A stretch of 64,000 nucleotides of DNA, from contig CAWEDO010000001.1 in assembly GCA_963807915.1 (NCBI GenBank), positions 351,701 to 415,700 of the forward strand, given 5' to 3'. This document shows, piece by piece, positions 40,554-49,804 of the stretch. This stretch comes from an uncultured Chloroflexia bacterium. GTDB taxonomy: Bacteria; Chloroflexota; Limnocylindria; QHBO01. Position 1 is the first letter of the stretch; every line of letters begins with the position of its first letter. The translations under genes and the position numbers were made by a program. The notes under the pieces were generated by a model. The model did not search any database. It worked only from the letters and a program-made list of their open reading frames with translations, and was not told the origin of the DNA.

Positions 40554-41966
40554 TCAGGAGTGCTCCGCATCCCGTACGAAGCGGCTCACGACGTCATGGA
40601 GTACCGGCAGCCCGAACCGGATGGCGCTCACCGGGATCCGCTCGTCATGACCGTGGAAGAGCGACAGGAACGGCATCTCCGGGGACAACTGCAGCGGAGC
40701 AAACCCGTACGTCGGGATGCCGAGCAGGGCCAGGGCCTTGGCGTCGGTCCCCGGCGTGATCATCATCGGGGCCGCCAGCGCCCCGGGGTCTGCGTCGAGC
40801 AGCGCCTGGCGCATGAGGTCCACGATCGGAGCGTCGGCCGGCGCCTCGGTTGGCGGCATGAGCAGGACCGGCGTGACCTGCGCCAGCTCTCCTACGGTCG
40901 CCTGCATCTGTGCCAGGAGTGCCTCCTGGTCTGTGCCGGGCAGCGTGCGCACGTCGATCTCGGCTTCGCCGCTGCCGGGGATGACGTTCATCTTCTTCCC
41001 CGAATGGATCATGTTGGGCGTGACCGTGTCGCGCAGCATCGCCGCCAGCGAGCGGCGCAGGACGGGATCGTCGACAACGGCGTCGATGGCGGCGAAGGCA
41101 CCGTCCTCATCCGCGGCCCGCACCCGGTCCGCGACCGCGCCCAGGCCGAGCGCGACGAGGAACGCGTCGACCACCGGCGTCATCCGCATCGGCTGGGCCG
41201 TCGATGCGAGGCGCGTCACCGCCTCGGCCAGCTTGATGGCGGCGTTGTCGGGATGCGGCATCGACCCGTGCCCGGTCATTCCGGTGGTGGTCATGCGGGT
41301 CCAGGCAATCCCCTTCTCGGCGACCTGGATGGTGTAGACGCGCCGACCGCCGACCGTCATCGAGTAGCCGCCGACCTCGTTGAGCGCGGCGGCCGCCGGG
41401 CGGCCGAGGGCGTCGCCGAAGAGATCGGGACGGGTCTGGACCCAGTGCAACGCGCCGAAGGTCCCGCCCGCCTCCTCGTCGGCGACGGCGGCGAAGATGA
41501 CCTCCCGACGCCGCTCGCCGCCGGACCACGCGAGCGCCAGCATCACGCTCAGCTCCATGGCGACCATGTCCTTCATGTCGACCGCACCGCGGCCCCAGAT
41601 CGCCCCGTCGATGAGCTCTCCGCCGAACGGGTCGTGGCTCCACGACTCCAGGTCGACCGGCACCACGTCGATGTGGGAGAGAAGCACGAGCGGCGGCTCG
41701 GGATCGGCCACCGTCGCGGGGAGGCGGGCGAAGCAGGAGCCGCGTCCGGGGGCCGGCTCCAGCACCTCCGCGGCGATCCCTTCCGAACCCAGCACCTCGG
41801 CGCAGTAGGCGGCAGCCGCGGTCTCCCCGCCGGTCGAGTCTCGTCCTGCCGCTCCGTCTGCCACGCCGGGGGGATTGACGCTGGGGATCCGGATCAGCGC
41901 CTGCAGGTGCTCGATGCACTCCGCGCTGGCGCGGTCCCAATCCACCTCCGGCGACGATCTCTGCAT
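40554..41966 (-). CDS. M20/M25/M40 family metallo-hydrolase
   Basis: SHIDVVP, GRGAVDMK, DEEAGG, NEVGG, GHGS, HGHDER. Confidence 0.92.
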   Translation of the reverse strand: MQRSSPEVDWDRASAECIEHLQALIRIPSVNPPGVADGAAGRDSTGGETAAAAYCAEVLGSEGIAAEVLEPAPGRGSCFARLPATVADPEPPLVLLSHIDVVPVDLESWSHDPFGGELIDGAIWGRGAVDMKDMVAMELSVMLALAWSGGERRREVIFAAVADEEAGGTFGALHWVQTRPDLFGDALGRPAAAALNEVGGYSMTVGGRRVYTIQVAEKGIAWTRMTTTGMTGHGSMPHPDNAAIKLAEAVTRLASTAQPMRMTPVVDAFLVALGLGAVADRVRAADEDGAFAAIDAVVDDPVLRRSLAAMLRDTVTPNMIHSGKKMNVIPGSGEAEIDVRTLPGTDQEALLAQMQATVGELAQVTPVLLMPPTEAPADAPIVDLMRQALLDADPGALAAPMMITPGTDAKALALLGIPTYGFAPLQLSPEMPFLSLFHGHDERIPVSAIRFGLPVLHDVVSRFVRDAEHS

Positions 41967-41971
41967 GCTGC

Positions 41972-42922
41972 TCAGGGGTAGCTCCGCGCCGGCGCCTGGT
42001 CGGCGCTGGAGAGCGGCCGCGCGGCCGCGACGTGTACCTCGGAGTGCCGGGCATGAACGAGCCGTCCCAGCGGCCACTCGGCGGCAAGCAGCAGGAGTGC
42101 CGCGACGAGCAGCACCGGCAGCTGCCAGGCAGCCCCGATCAGGATCAGCGACAGGAGGAAGAAGCCGTGGATCGCGATCCGCGTGCCGAGCGCCAGCCGC
42201 AGCTCCAGGATCGCCTGGCGCGCGCCATCTGGCGGCACGCGATCGGGACCCCACACGCCCCAGGCCGAGATGGCGACGAAGGCCGCCATCGCCACGCCGA
42301 AGAGCCAGAGGCCGCCACCCGGCTCTGCGTCGACCAGCGGACGCAGGATCGAGAACGGCACCAGCCCGGCCAGCAGCAGGAGCCAGGCGGGGAACGGGAC
42401 GGCCAGCTGCAGCCACTCGAGCGCCGGCCGGCCGCGCGACGCGTCGCGCAGCCAGCGAGTCATCACGCTGAAGCCGAGCGTCACGAAGAGCCAGGCGTAG
42501 AAGTTGCCGGCCGGCACCCCGAACCAGCCCTCGGTCGGGCTGATGCCGCGCCAGGTCCAGAGCCCCATCCGGATGGCGATCGCGTCGAAGGCCAGGTCCA
42601 GGCTGATGGCCAGCACCGCGTCGACGAACGGGGCATATCGCCGTCGCACACCGAGGGCATCGGTCAGCCGCATGGCTCCAGCGATGATCAAGGCCCAGGT
42701 CATGCCGATGACGACCGGCGCCAGATCGATGGTAAGGATCCAATCGGGCGAGTAGTGGTAGGTCCTGAAGACGAGCTGATCGCCCTCTTCGAGCAGGATC
42801 CCGAAGGCGGCGGCCGAGATCAGCTCCAGGAACGGCAGGCGGCCCCGTCGCAGCGCGGCGACGGCGGCGCCGATGAAGAAGAGCGAGGCGGAGAGCTCAA
42901 TGAGCACGTACAGCGGATTCAT
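41972..42922 (-). CDS. CruF-like (carotenoid biosynthesis/DUF422) membrane protein
   Basis: DLAFDAIA..GLWTW, WFGVPAGNFYAW. Confidence 0.7.
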   Translation of the reverse strand: MNPLYVLIELSASLFFIGAAVAALRRGRLPFLELISAAAFGILLEEGDQLVFRTYHYSPDWILTIDLAPVVIGMTWALIIAGAMRLTDALGVRRRYAPFVDAVLAISLDLAFDAIAIRMGLWTWRGISPTEGWFGVPAGNFYAWLFVTLGFSVMTRWLRDASRGRPALEWLQLAVPFPAWLLLLAGLVPFSILRPLVDAEPGGGLWLFGVAMAAFVAISAWGVWGPDRVPPDGARQAILELRLALGTRIAIHGFFLLSLILIGAAWQLPVLLVAALLLLAAEWPLGRLVHARHSEVHVAAARPLSSADQAPARSYP

Positions 42923-42960
42923 TCCGGACCGATCATATCGGCCCGCGACCTGCGGCCGCT

Positions 42961-44238
42961 CTACACCGCTCGGGCAGGGGCGACCGGTGGGGTCCGACGC
43001 CGCAGCAGGGCTCGCGCCAGCAGGCCGATGGCGAACATGGCCAGTCCCGCCAGGATGGCCGGAAGGGGCAGCGTGACCACCAGGGTGACGCAGCCGAGCA
43101 GCCCGACCACGTTGAGCGCTCGTGGCCACCGCCGCTCCTCGATCGGCTGCGTGTAGGCCGCCGCATTGGCGATCGCGTAGTAGGTCAGGACCCCGAACGA
43201 GCTGAAGCCGATGGCGCCGCGCAGGTCGGTCGTGGCGACCAGGACGACGACCGCCGCCGCGATCGCCAGCTCGGCGTGATGGGGCACGTGCCGGCGCACG
43301 TCGACGGCGGCGAGCGTGCGCGGCAGGTCGCCCTCGCGAGCCATGGCCAGCGCCGTTCGGCCGATCCCCGCGATGAGCGCCAGCAGGGCTCCCAGGCTCG
43401 CGGCGACCGCCCCGACGCGAACCGCCGGCAGCGCCCAGGACGAGCCGGCCGCTTCGAGTGCCGTGGCCAATGGCGCATTGCTGGCGGCGATCGCGTGCGA
43501 TCCCGCGACCAGCAGGGCGGCGGCCCCGACCAGCAGGTAGACGGCCACCACGATGCTCAGCGCGATCGGGATGGCGCGCGGAATCGTCCGCCCGGGGTCC
43601 CGCACCTCCTCACCCAGGGTCGCGATGCGCGCATAGCCGGCGAACGCGAAGAAGAGCAGGCCGGCCGATTGGAGCACGCCGTACGGCCCCCCGGGCAGGT
43701 CGCCGATCGCCAGGTTGCGAGCATCCGCGTGGCCGCTCACGAACGAGATGACGACGACCAAGGCAAGGGAGAGGAGCGAGACTGCCACGAGGGTGCGCGC
43801 AAGTGCGGCTGTGCGAGTGATGCCGCGCAGATTCACCGCCGTGAGGACCAGGACGGCCACCACGCCGACCAGCCGCTGGATCCAGGTCGTCCCCGGGACC
43901 GCGTATGCCGCGAAGGTCAGCGCCATCGCCGCGCAGGAGGCGGTCTTGCCGATCACGAAGCCCCAGCCGGCGGCGAAGCCCCACCACTCGCCGAGCCGCT
44001 CGCGCCCATAGACGTAGGTCCCGCCGGAGGTGGGGTAGCGCGCCGCCAGCTGCGCCGAGGCGACCGCGTTGCAGTAGGCAACTCCGGCCGCCAGTGCCAG
44101 GCCGATCAGCAGCGCGCTGCCGGCCGCCGCCGCGGCGGGGGCGAAGGCCGAGAAGACCCCCGCCCCGATCATCGAGCCGAGCCCGATGACGACCGCGTCG
44201 AACTTCCCCAGCCGGCGGGCCAGTGGCGCCGAGGTCAT
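42961..44238 (-). CDS. APC family amino-acid permease
   Basis: GLGSMIGAGVF, YPTSGGTY, FFAFAGY, EEVRDP.RTIP. Confidence 0.92.
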   Translation of the reverse strand: MTSAPLARRLGKFDAVVIGLGSMIGAGVFSAFAPAAAAAGSALLIGLALAAGVAYCNAVASAQLAARYPTSGGTYVYGRERLGEWWGFAAGWGFVIGKTASCAAMALTFAAYAVPGTTWIQRLVGVVAVLVLTAVNLRGITRTAALARTLVAVSLLSLALVVVISFVSGHADARNLAIGDLPGGPYGVLQSAGLLFFAFAGYARIATLGEEVRDPGRTIPRAIPIALSIVVAVYLLVGAAALLVAGSHAIAASNAPLATALEAAGSSWALPAVRVGAVAASLGALLALIAGIGRTALAMAREGDLPRTLAAVDVRRHVPHHAELAIAAAVVVLVATTDLRGAIGFSSFGVLTYYAIANAAAYTQPIEERRWPRALNVVGLLGCVTLVVTLPLPAILAGLAMFAIGLLARALLRRRTPPVAPARAV

Positions 44239-44726
44239 AGCGCGGCGGCGACCCGGCGTGCCGCGTCCGCCAGCTCTTCGTCCGTGACGTTGGGGAGCAC
44301 GTCCTCCCAGAGCGGCAGCATCATGTTCTTCGCCTGCAGCATGCCGAGCGGCCGGGGCATGAACCAGACGTGGAAGTGCGCACCGCCATCGCCCCATCGG
44401 TACAGGTGGACTCGGCCGACGTCGCCCAGCGCGAGAATCGCGCGCTCGATCCGCGCCGCCAGCGGCCCGAAGGCGGCGGCCGCTTCCGGCGAGAGGTCCT
44501 TGAACGAGTCGACGTGCTCGCGGCTGGCGAGCCACACGACCCCGGGCAGGCTGCCACCGACGGGTGGATGGAGAGTGAAGTGCTCGTCCCCCCAGACTGC
44601 GGCCGTCGCGCCGCCGTCGCAGATCCCGCACGGCTCGCCCCCCGGCTCACCTCGCCGCGGGGGCTCGGGGATCACGGGCTCGGCGAGCGGGCGGAGGGTC
44701 AGTGGTTCGAGATAGGGCATTTGCAC
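44235..44726 (-). CDS. HIT-like protein (HxHxW variant)
   Basis: CGIC Zn motif, REHVDSF, GDGGAHFHVWF; AGGAG RBS. Confidence 0.7.
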   Translation of the reverse strand: MQMPYLEPLTLRPLAEPVIPEPPRRGEPGGEPCGICDGGATAAVWGDEHFTLHPPVGGSLPGVVWLASREHVDSFKDLSPEAAAAFGPLAARIERAILALGDVGRVHLYRWGDGGAHFHVWFMPRPLGMLQAKNMMLPLWEDVLPNVTDEELADAARRVAAAL

Positions 44727-44770
44727 GGCTTGACTCCTGTCTGCTTCAGATTCGGGTCGCGGGTGAGCGC

Positions 44771-45607
44771 CTAGAGGCGGGGTGGGCCGCGGCGGATTCG
44801 CTCGCGGACGGTATCGACCGATTGGTCGTCCTCCCAGCGGCTCTCGATGAACCAGGTGGCGCCGGCCTCCGCCATGGGCTCGAGCATTGCACGATCCGCC
44901 TCGTGATCGACGCCCGAGGTCAGGCCCTCGATGACGACGTCGAACGGTTCGGAGGATTCGCGATGCTTAGCCATCCAATCCACCACCCCGGCCACCACCT
45001 CGGGCGTGGCGTCCTCGTCGTCACGCTCGCCCGACTTGTCCGCGACGATGATCCCGTCCCAGCGCGCAGACCGCCGAAGGGACCTGGGATGCGGCCAGGC
45101 GCCGACCGGCCAGACGGGGATGCGCGGCTGCTGTACGGGGCGCGGGTCGAAATGGAGGTCCCGCATCCAGTAATGCGTTCCCTGGTAGCTCACGGTTTCT
45201 CCAGACCAGGCCAGCTCCAGGATGTCCAGGCACTCGTCGAGCTTCTCCGCGCGCACACGGCGGGACGGATCTTCCGTGCTGACCCTCGAGTAGCCCCCAT
45301 CCCACGTCCCGCCCAGGCCAACCGGCACGACCAGCCGGCCGTTCGACAGGTTGTCCAGCGTGATCGTCTCGCGAGCCACTTTCCACGGTCGCCGGCGCGG
45401 CAGGGAGAAGACCATGGCCCCCAGTGTCACTCGCTGTGTGACCGCCGCCATGGCTCCCAGCACGACCCATGGGTCGAAGACGTCGCCGCGTTCGACGGAG
45501 ATGTCGTCCCAGGCGAAGACGCCGTCCCAGCCGGCTTCCTCCGCCTCTCGCGCCATGATCACGTAGTCCTGCGCGCTTCCGAATGACGTGATGACTCCGA
45601 ACTTCAT
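44771..45607 (-). CDS. LLM-class flavin-dependent oxidoreductase
   Basis: AEEAGWDG, DPWVVLGAMA, TLDNLSNGR..GLG, PVQQPRIPVW. Confidence 0.9.
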   Translation of the reverse strand: MKFGVITSFGSAQDYVIMAREAEEAGWDGVFAWDDISVERGDVFDPWVVLGAMAAVTQRVTLGAMVFSLPRRRPWKVARETITLDNLSNGRLVVPVGLGGTWDGGYSRVSTEDPSRRVRAEKLDECLDILELAWSGETVSYQGTHYWMRDLHFDPRPVQQPRIPVWPVGAWPHPRSLRRSARWDGIIVADKSGERDDEDATPEVVAGVVDWMAKHRESSEPFDVVIEGLTSGVDHEADRAMLEPMAEAGATWFIESRWEDDQSVDTVRERIRRGPPRL

Positions 45608-46461
45608 GCTCGTTCTCCTCGTACTGCCGACACTTCGGTTGGCGCGACGGCGGTCGGCAGGCGACCGGCAGCGCGCCGCGCGATCTCGATGAACGGGCGG
45701 AGGCGGACGGAGAGCTCCGTCCGCGTCGCGCGAAATGCTTCCAGCCGCTCCTCATCGCGGCCCTCGACGGCAGCGGGGTCGTCGAGGTGCCAGTGCAGGG
45801 AGCTGTGCGGGCCAGGCAGGCTGGGACACTCCTCGCGGGCCGAGTTGGAGAGGGTGATGACGTAGTCGATCGGCTCGTGGATCAGCTCGCTCACCGGTTT
45901 CGCGCGGGCGTGGCTCCAGTCGATGCCCAGCTCGGCCAGGACGCGAACGGTCAGTGGATGGACCGCCTTCGGCCGCGTCCCGGCCGAGAATGGCCGGAAG
46001 TCGCTGCCGCCGAAGCGGCCGAGCAGCGCCTCGGCCATCTGGCTGCGTGCCGAGTTGCCGTTGCACACGAAGAGGACGCCGATTGGTTGCGCTCGCTGAG
46101 CCCGACGGGTCGGATCTGCGACCTCCAGCGTCTGCTCGAGGTCGGCGAGCTCGACCTCGAGGCGCTCGAGCTCCTCTCGCTGGAGAGCGATGCGCCGCCG
46201 CTCGTCCTCGAGCGTGGCGACCAGCGCCGGGTCGGCCCCATCCCCCGCCAGACAGCGATCGGCGAGCTCCCCTGCCTTCGCGGGGCTCATCCCAAGCCGG
46301 CGCAGCGTCAATACCAGGGTCAGGCGCGAGAGGTCGGCATCGGTATATGTGCGGTAGCCGTTCGGGCGTCGAGCGGGCTGCGGGAGGATGCCCTCCGCCT
46401 CGTACCAGCGAACGCCGGAGGGCGAGATGCCGGCGCGTCGCGCGAGGCTCGAGATGTTCAC
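45604..46461 (-). CDS. MerR-family regulator fused to an ArsC/LMW-PTP domain
   Basis: N-terminal MerR HTH (ISSLARRAGIS..VRWYEAEGIL..NGYR.Y) and coiled coil; C-terminal CNGNSARSQMAE, SAGT, HW.LDDP. Confidence 0.9.
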   Translation of the reverse strand: MNISSLARRAGISPSGVRWYEAEGILPQPARRPNGYRTYTDADLSRLTLVLTLRRLGMSPAKAGELADRCLAGDGADPALVATLEDERRRIALQREELERLEVELADLEQTLEVADPTRRAQRAQPIGVLFVCNGNSARSQMAEALLGRFGGSDFRPFSAGTRPKAVHPLTVRVLAELGIDWSHARAKPVSELIHEPIDYVITLSNSAREECPSLPGPHSSLHWHLDDPAAVEGRDEERLEAFRATRTELSVRLRPFIEIARRAAGRLPTAVAPTEVSAVRGERA

Positions 46462-46467
46462 CTGTGC

Positions 46468-46498
46468 AGCCTAATCCTTGTAGTGACTGCAAAGTCAA
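46468..46498 (-). promoter_or_regulatory. MerR-type promoter/operator (19-bp spacer with dyad)
   Basis: On the minus strand, TTGACT-ttgcagtcactacaaggat(19)-TAGGCT. The spacer holds the imperfect inverted repeat TTGCAG-tca-CTACAA. The GTG start lies 6 nt after the -10 box. Confidence 0.85.
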
Positions 46499-46530
46499 GG
46501 CCCCTCGGCGCGCGGCGTAGAATCCGGCGC

Positions 46531-47973
46531 ATGGCCACCCAGGTGAGATCCGAGACGGTTCCAATCTTCCTCGCCGGCGAATTCGTGCGCGCGGGCTCCC
46601 CTCTCGAAGTTCGCAACCCGGCAACCGGTGAGCTGGTGGCGACCACCTGGCAGGCCGGCATCGAGGAGCTGGAGCGGGCGACGGTCGCCGCGGTCGAGGC
46701 CTTCGACAAGACGCGTCGCCTGGCGAGCTTCGAGCGGCGCGATGCGCTGGCGCACGTGGCCGAGCGGATCAGCAAGGACGCCGACGAGCTGGCGGAGCTG
46801 CTGAGCCGAGAGTCGGGGAAGCCGGTCCGCGACGCAAAGGGCGAGGTGGCGCGCGGTGCGCTCACCTTCCGCACCGCCGCCGAGGAGGCGCTCCGCATCA
46901 ACGGGGAGTGGCTTCCCCTCGATTGGGCAGCGGCCAACCGCGGGCGGAGCGGCATCGTGCGCCGCTACCCGATCGGCCCGGTCGCCGGAATCAGCCCGTT
47001 CAACTTCCCGCTCAACCTGGCGGCCCATAAGGTCGCGCCGGCGATCGCCGCCGGCTGCAGCATCGTGCTCAAGCCGCCATCCAAGGACCCGCTCGTCATG
47101 CTGCGCGTCGCCGGCTACCTGGCCGAGACGAGCCTGCCGAAGGGCGCCGTCTCGATCCTGCCGATGGATCGGCCGACGGGCGATCGGATGGTCGCGGATG
47201 ATCGGTTCAAGCTGCTCAGCTTCACGGGGAGCCCATCGGTCGGCTGGAAGATGAAGGCGGAGGCCGGCAGGAAGAAGGTCGTCCTCGAGCTCGGCGGCAA
47301 TGCCGGCGCGATCGTCGACGAGACCGCCGACCTGGACTGGGCCGTCGCCCGCCTGGCGTATGGCTCCTTCGCCTATTCGGGCCAGGTCTGCATCAGCGTC
47401 CAGCGCATCTACGTGGTGGCGTCGGTCTACGACGAGTTCCAGCAGCGCTTCGTGGAGAAGGTGCGGCAGCTCCAGATGGGCAGCCCCCTTGATCCGGCGA
47501 CCGACCTGGGACCGATGGTCGACGCCAAGGCTGTCGCGCGCACGCACCAGTGGGTCGGCGAGGCACTGGCCGACGGCGCGAGGGCACTCGTCGGCGGCGA
47601 GCCGGACGGGCTGTTCTACCCGCCGACCGTGCTCGTCGACGTTCCCAAGGACGCGCGGGTCTGCGGCGAGGAGGTCTTTGCCCCGGTCGTGAACCTCTTC
47701 CCGGTGCCGGACTTCAGGGCCGCGATCGCCCAGATCAACGACAGCCAGTTCGGGCTGCAGTGCGGCGTCTTCACCAACGACCTTGAGCGGACCCTCCTCG
47801 CGCACGACGAGCTCGAGGTCGGGGGCGTGATCGTCAACGACGTCCCGACCTGGCGCACCGACGCGATGCCCTATGGCGGCGTGAAGGACTCGGGCCTGGG
47901 TCGCGAGGGGCTGCGCTGGTCGATCGAGGACATGACCGAGCCACGCCTGCTGGCGTTCGCCCGGCCGCTGTAG
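46531..47973 (+). CDS. Aldehyde dehydrogenase family protein
   Basis: ISPFNFP, FTGS, LELGGN, GQVCIS, EEVFAP, PYGGVKDSGLGREG; TAGAAT 7 nt upstream. Confidence 0.95.
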   Translation: MATQVRSETVPIFLAGEFVRAGSPLEVRNPATGELVATTWQAGIEELERATVAAVEAFDKTRRLASFERRDALAHVAERISKDADELAELLSRESGKPVRDAKGEVARGALTFRTAAEEALRINGEWLPLDWAAANRGRSGIVRRYPIGPVAGISPFNFPLNLAAHKVAPAIAAGCSIVLKPPSKDPLVMLRVAGYLAETSLPKGAVSILPMDRPTGDRMVADDRFKLLSFTGSPSVGWKMKAEAGRKKVVLELGGNAGAIVDETADLDWAVARLAYGSFAYSGQVCISVQRIYVVASVYDEFQQRFVEKVRQLQMGSPLDPATDLGPMVDAKAVARTHQWVGEALADGARALVGGEPDGLFYPPTVLVDVPKDARVCGEEVFAPVVNLFPVPDFRAAIAQINDSQFGLQCGVFTNDLERTLLAHDELEVGGVIVNDVPTWRTDAMPYGGVKDSGLGREGLRWSIEDMTEPRLLAFARPL

Positions 47974-47979
47974 GCCCCC

Positions 47980-48348
47980 ATGACCGATCTTGCGGCGGCG
48001 CCCGCCGACCGGGCCGTCCGCTATGCACGTGTCCTTCCGGCCTCCGAGCTGCGTGACGGGGAGCTGATCCCGGTCGAGATCAACGGCTGGCCAGTCGTCC
48101 TGGTGCGGCAAAGGGGCTCCTTCTACGCCGTCCAGAACAACTGCTCCCACAAGGACTTCCCGCTGTCAGAGGCCGGATTCGATCCACGCGACGAGGTGCT
48201 CGTCTGTGCCTGGCACGGCGGCTGCTTCGACCTGCGCACCGGCGCGGCGGTCGTCCCGCCCGCCACCGAACCGATCGAGATCTTCCCCGTGCGCGTGAGC
48301 GGCGATGGCTGGGTCGAGATCGGCCTCACCGGCAGCCTCGCCCGCTGA
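47980..48348 (+). CDS. Rieske [2Fe-2S] ferredoxin
   Basis: CSH...CAWHGGCFDLRTG ligand set. Confidence 0.92.
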   Translation: MTDLAAAPADRAVRYARVLPASELRDGELIPVEINGWPVVLVRQRGSFYAVQNNCSHKDFPLSEAGFDPRDEVLVCAWHGGCFDLRTGAAVVPPATEPIEIFPVRVSGDGWVEIGLTGSLAR

Positions 48349-48359
48349 GCGCCCGACCG

Positions 48360-49139
48360 ATGGACCTCGAGGCGCTGCCGTACGTCAACTGGATCTTCTG
48401 GGCGGCCCTCACCTCCGGATCGCTGCTCGTGGTCGGCGGCACCGAGCTGCTCGGTGGAACGACCCGCGGCTATCGGCTCTTCATGGCGGGCCTGCTGGCC
48501 GTCTGCGCTGCAGTCCTCCTCGTCTCGGAGCTGAACCTCGTCACGACCCCGGCGGTCGACGCCACGGCGGACTTCCGTCGCGGGCTGGTCTGGGCCTGCG
48601 CGGCGCTGACCGGCGCGTACCTCGTCGCATCCATTGCCCGCCTGCCGCGCAGCGGCCTCGCCATTGCCGCCGGCTCGGCCGGGATCTTCGCATTGGCGGC
48701 GCTCGCCGCTGCCGGCGGCACGCTCAGCGCGCCCCTCTTCACGGCGCAGCTGATGCTGGTCGCGGTCGCGCTCGGGGCGGTGACGGCGGCGATGCTACTT
48801 GGACACTGGTACCTGGTGACGCCGAAGCTCTCGCCGGCGCCACTGCGCCGCATGATGTGGCTGCTGCTCGCCTCACTCGGCCTGCAGGCGCTCCTCTTCG
48901 TCGTTGCCGTCACGGCGGTCAGCAGCGGCCCCCTCGGCGGCCCGATCGGATGGCTGACCTGGCTGCGCCTGGTGGCCGGCATCCTGCTGCCGATCGGGAT
49001 CACCGTGCTGGCGCTGCTCGCCAGCCGCGCCGCGTCGCTGCAGGCCAGCACCGGCCTGCTGTACATCGGCCTGGCGCTGGTCATGGCGGGGTCGATTGCG
49101 GGCGCCAGCCTTGCCTACCTCACCGGCGTGCCGGTCTGA
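48360..49139 (+). CDS. Polytopic membrane protein (DmsC-anchor-like)
   Basis: About 8 TM; AMLLGHWYL and STGLLY motifs. Confidence 0.6.
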   Translation: MDLEALPYVNWIFWAALTSGSLLVVGGTELLGGTTRGYRLFMAGLLAVCAAVLLVSELNLVTTPAVDATADFRRGLVWACAALTGAYLVASIARLPRSGLAIAAGSAGIFALAALAAAGGTLSAPLFTAQLMLVAVALGAVTAAMLLGHWYLVTPKLSPAPLRRMMWLLLASLGLQALLFVVAVTAVSSGPLGGPIGWLTWLRLVAGILLPIGITVLALLASRAASLQASTGLLYIGLALVMAGSIAGASLAYLTGVPV

Positions 49140-49147
49140 CCCGGCCG

Positions 49148-49804
49148 ATGGAGGTCACCGTCCGCTGCTTCGCTACCCTCCGCGAGCTGGCGGGCGCCCG
49201 CAGCACGCTGGCGATGCCCGATGGCGCGGTGCTCGACGACGCCTGGGCCGCACTCGCCGAGATGCATCCGGGGCTCGCCCCGCATCGGCCCTTCGTCCGA
49301 GCCGCGCGGAATGGCGAGTACGCCGAGTGGGCGACGCCACTCGAGGAGGGCGACGAGATCGCGTTCCTGCCGCCGGTCAGTGGCGGCGGCCCGACTGGGC
49401 TGACGGACGGCGCGATCGACGTCGCGGCCCTCGAGGCGGCGGTGGCGGCGAGCGGGCACGGTGCCGTCGTCACGTTCGTCGGGCGGGCGCGCGACCGAGC
49501 CGATGACGGCCGCAAGGTGCTCGAGCTCGAGTACGAGGCCTACCCCGAGATGGCGGACTCCGTTCTGGACGAGATCGTGGGGGAGGCCGAGGAACGCTGG
49601 ACCGGGGCGGTCGCAGCCGTCGTGCATCGGGTCGGCATCGTGCCGATCGGCGAGGCGGCGGTCGCGATCGTCACCGCCGCTCCCCATCGCTCCGAGGCAT
49701 ACGAGGCCAATCGGTTCCTGATCGAGGCCATCAAACAGCGCCTCCCCATCTGGAAGCGCGAGCGCTTCGCCGATGGCAGCGAGTGGAAGCGGCCCGGCGC
49801 CTAG
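49148..49804 (+). CDS. MoaD-MoaE fusion molybdopterin synthase (MoaX-like)
   Basis: FATLRE..EIAFLPPVSGG (MoaD) in frame with GAVVTFVG, LEYEAY, HRVG, APHR, PIWKRE (MoaE). Confidence 0.92.
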   Translation: MEVTVRCFATLRELAGARSTLAMPDGAVLDDAWAALAEMHPGLAPHRPFVRAARNGEYAEWATPLEEGDEIAFLPPVSGGGPTGLTDGAIDVAALEAAVAASGHGAVVTFVGRARDRADDGRKVLELEYEAYPEMADSVLDEIVGEAEERWTGAVAAVVHRVGIVPIGEAAVAIVTAAPHRSEAYEANRFLIEAIKQRLPIWKRERFADGSEWKRPGA

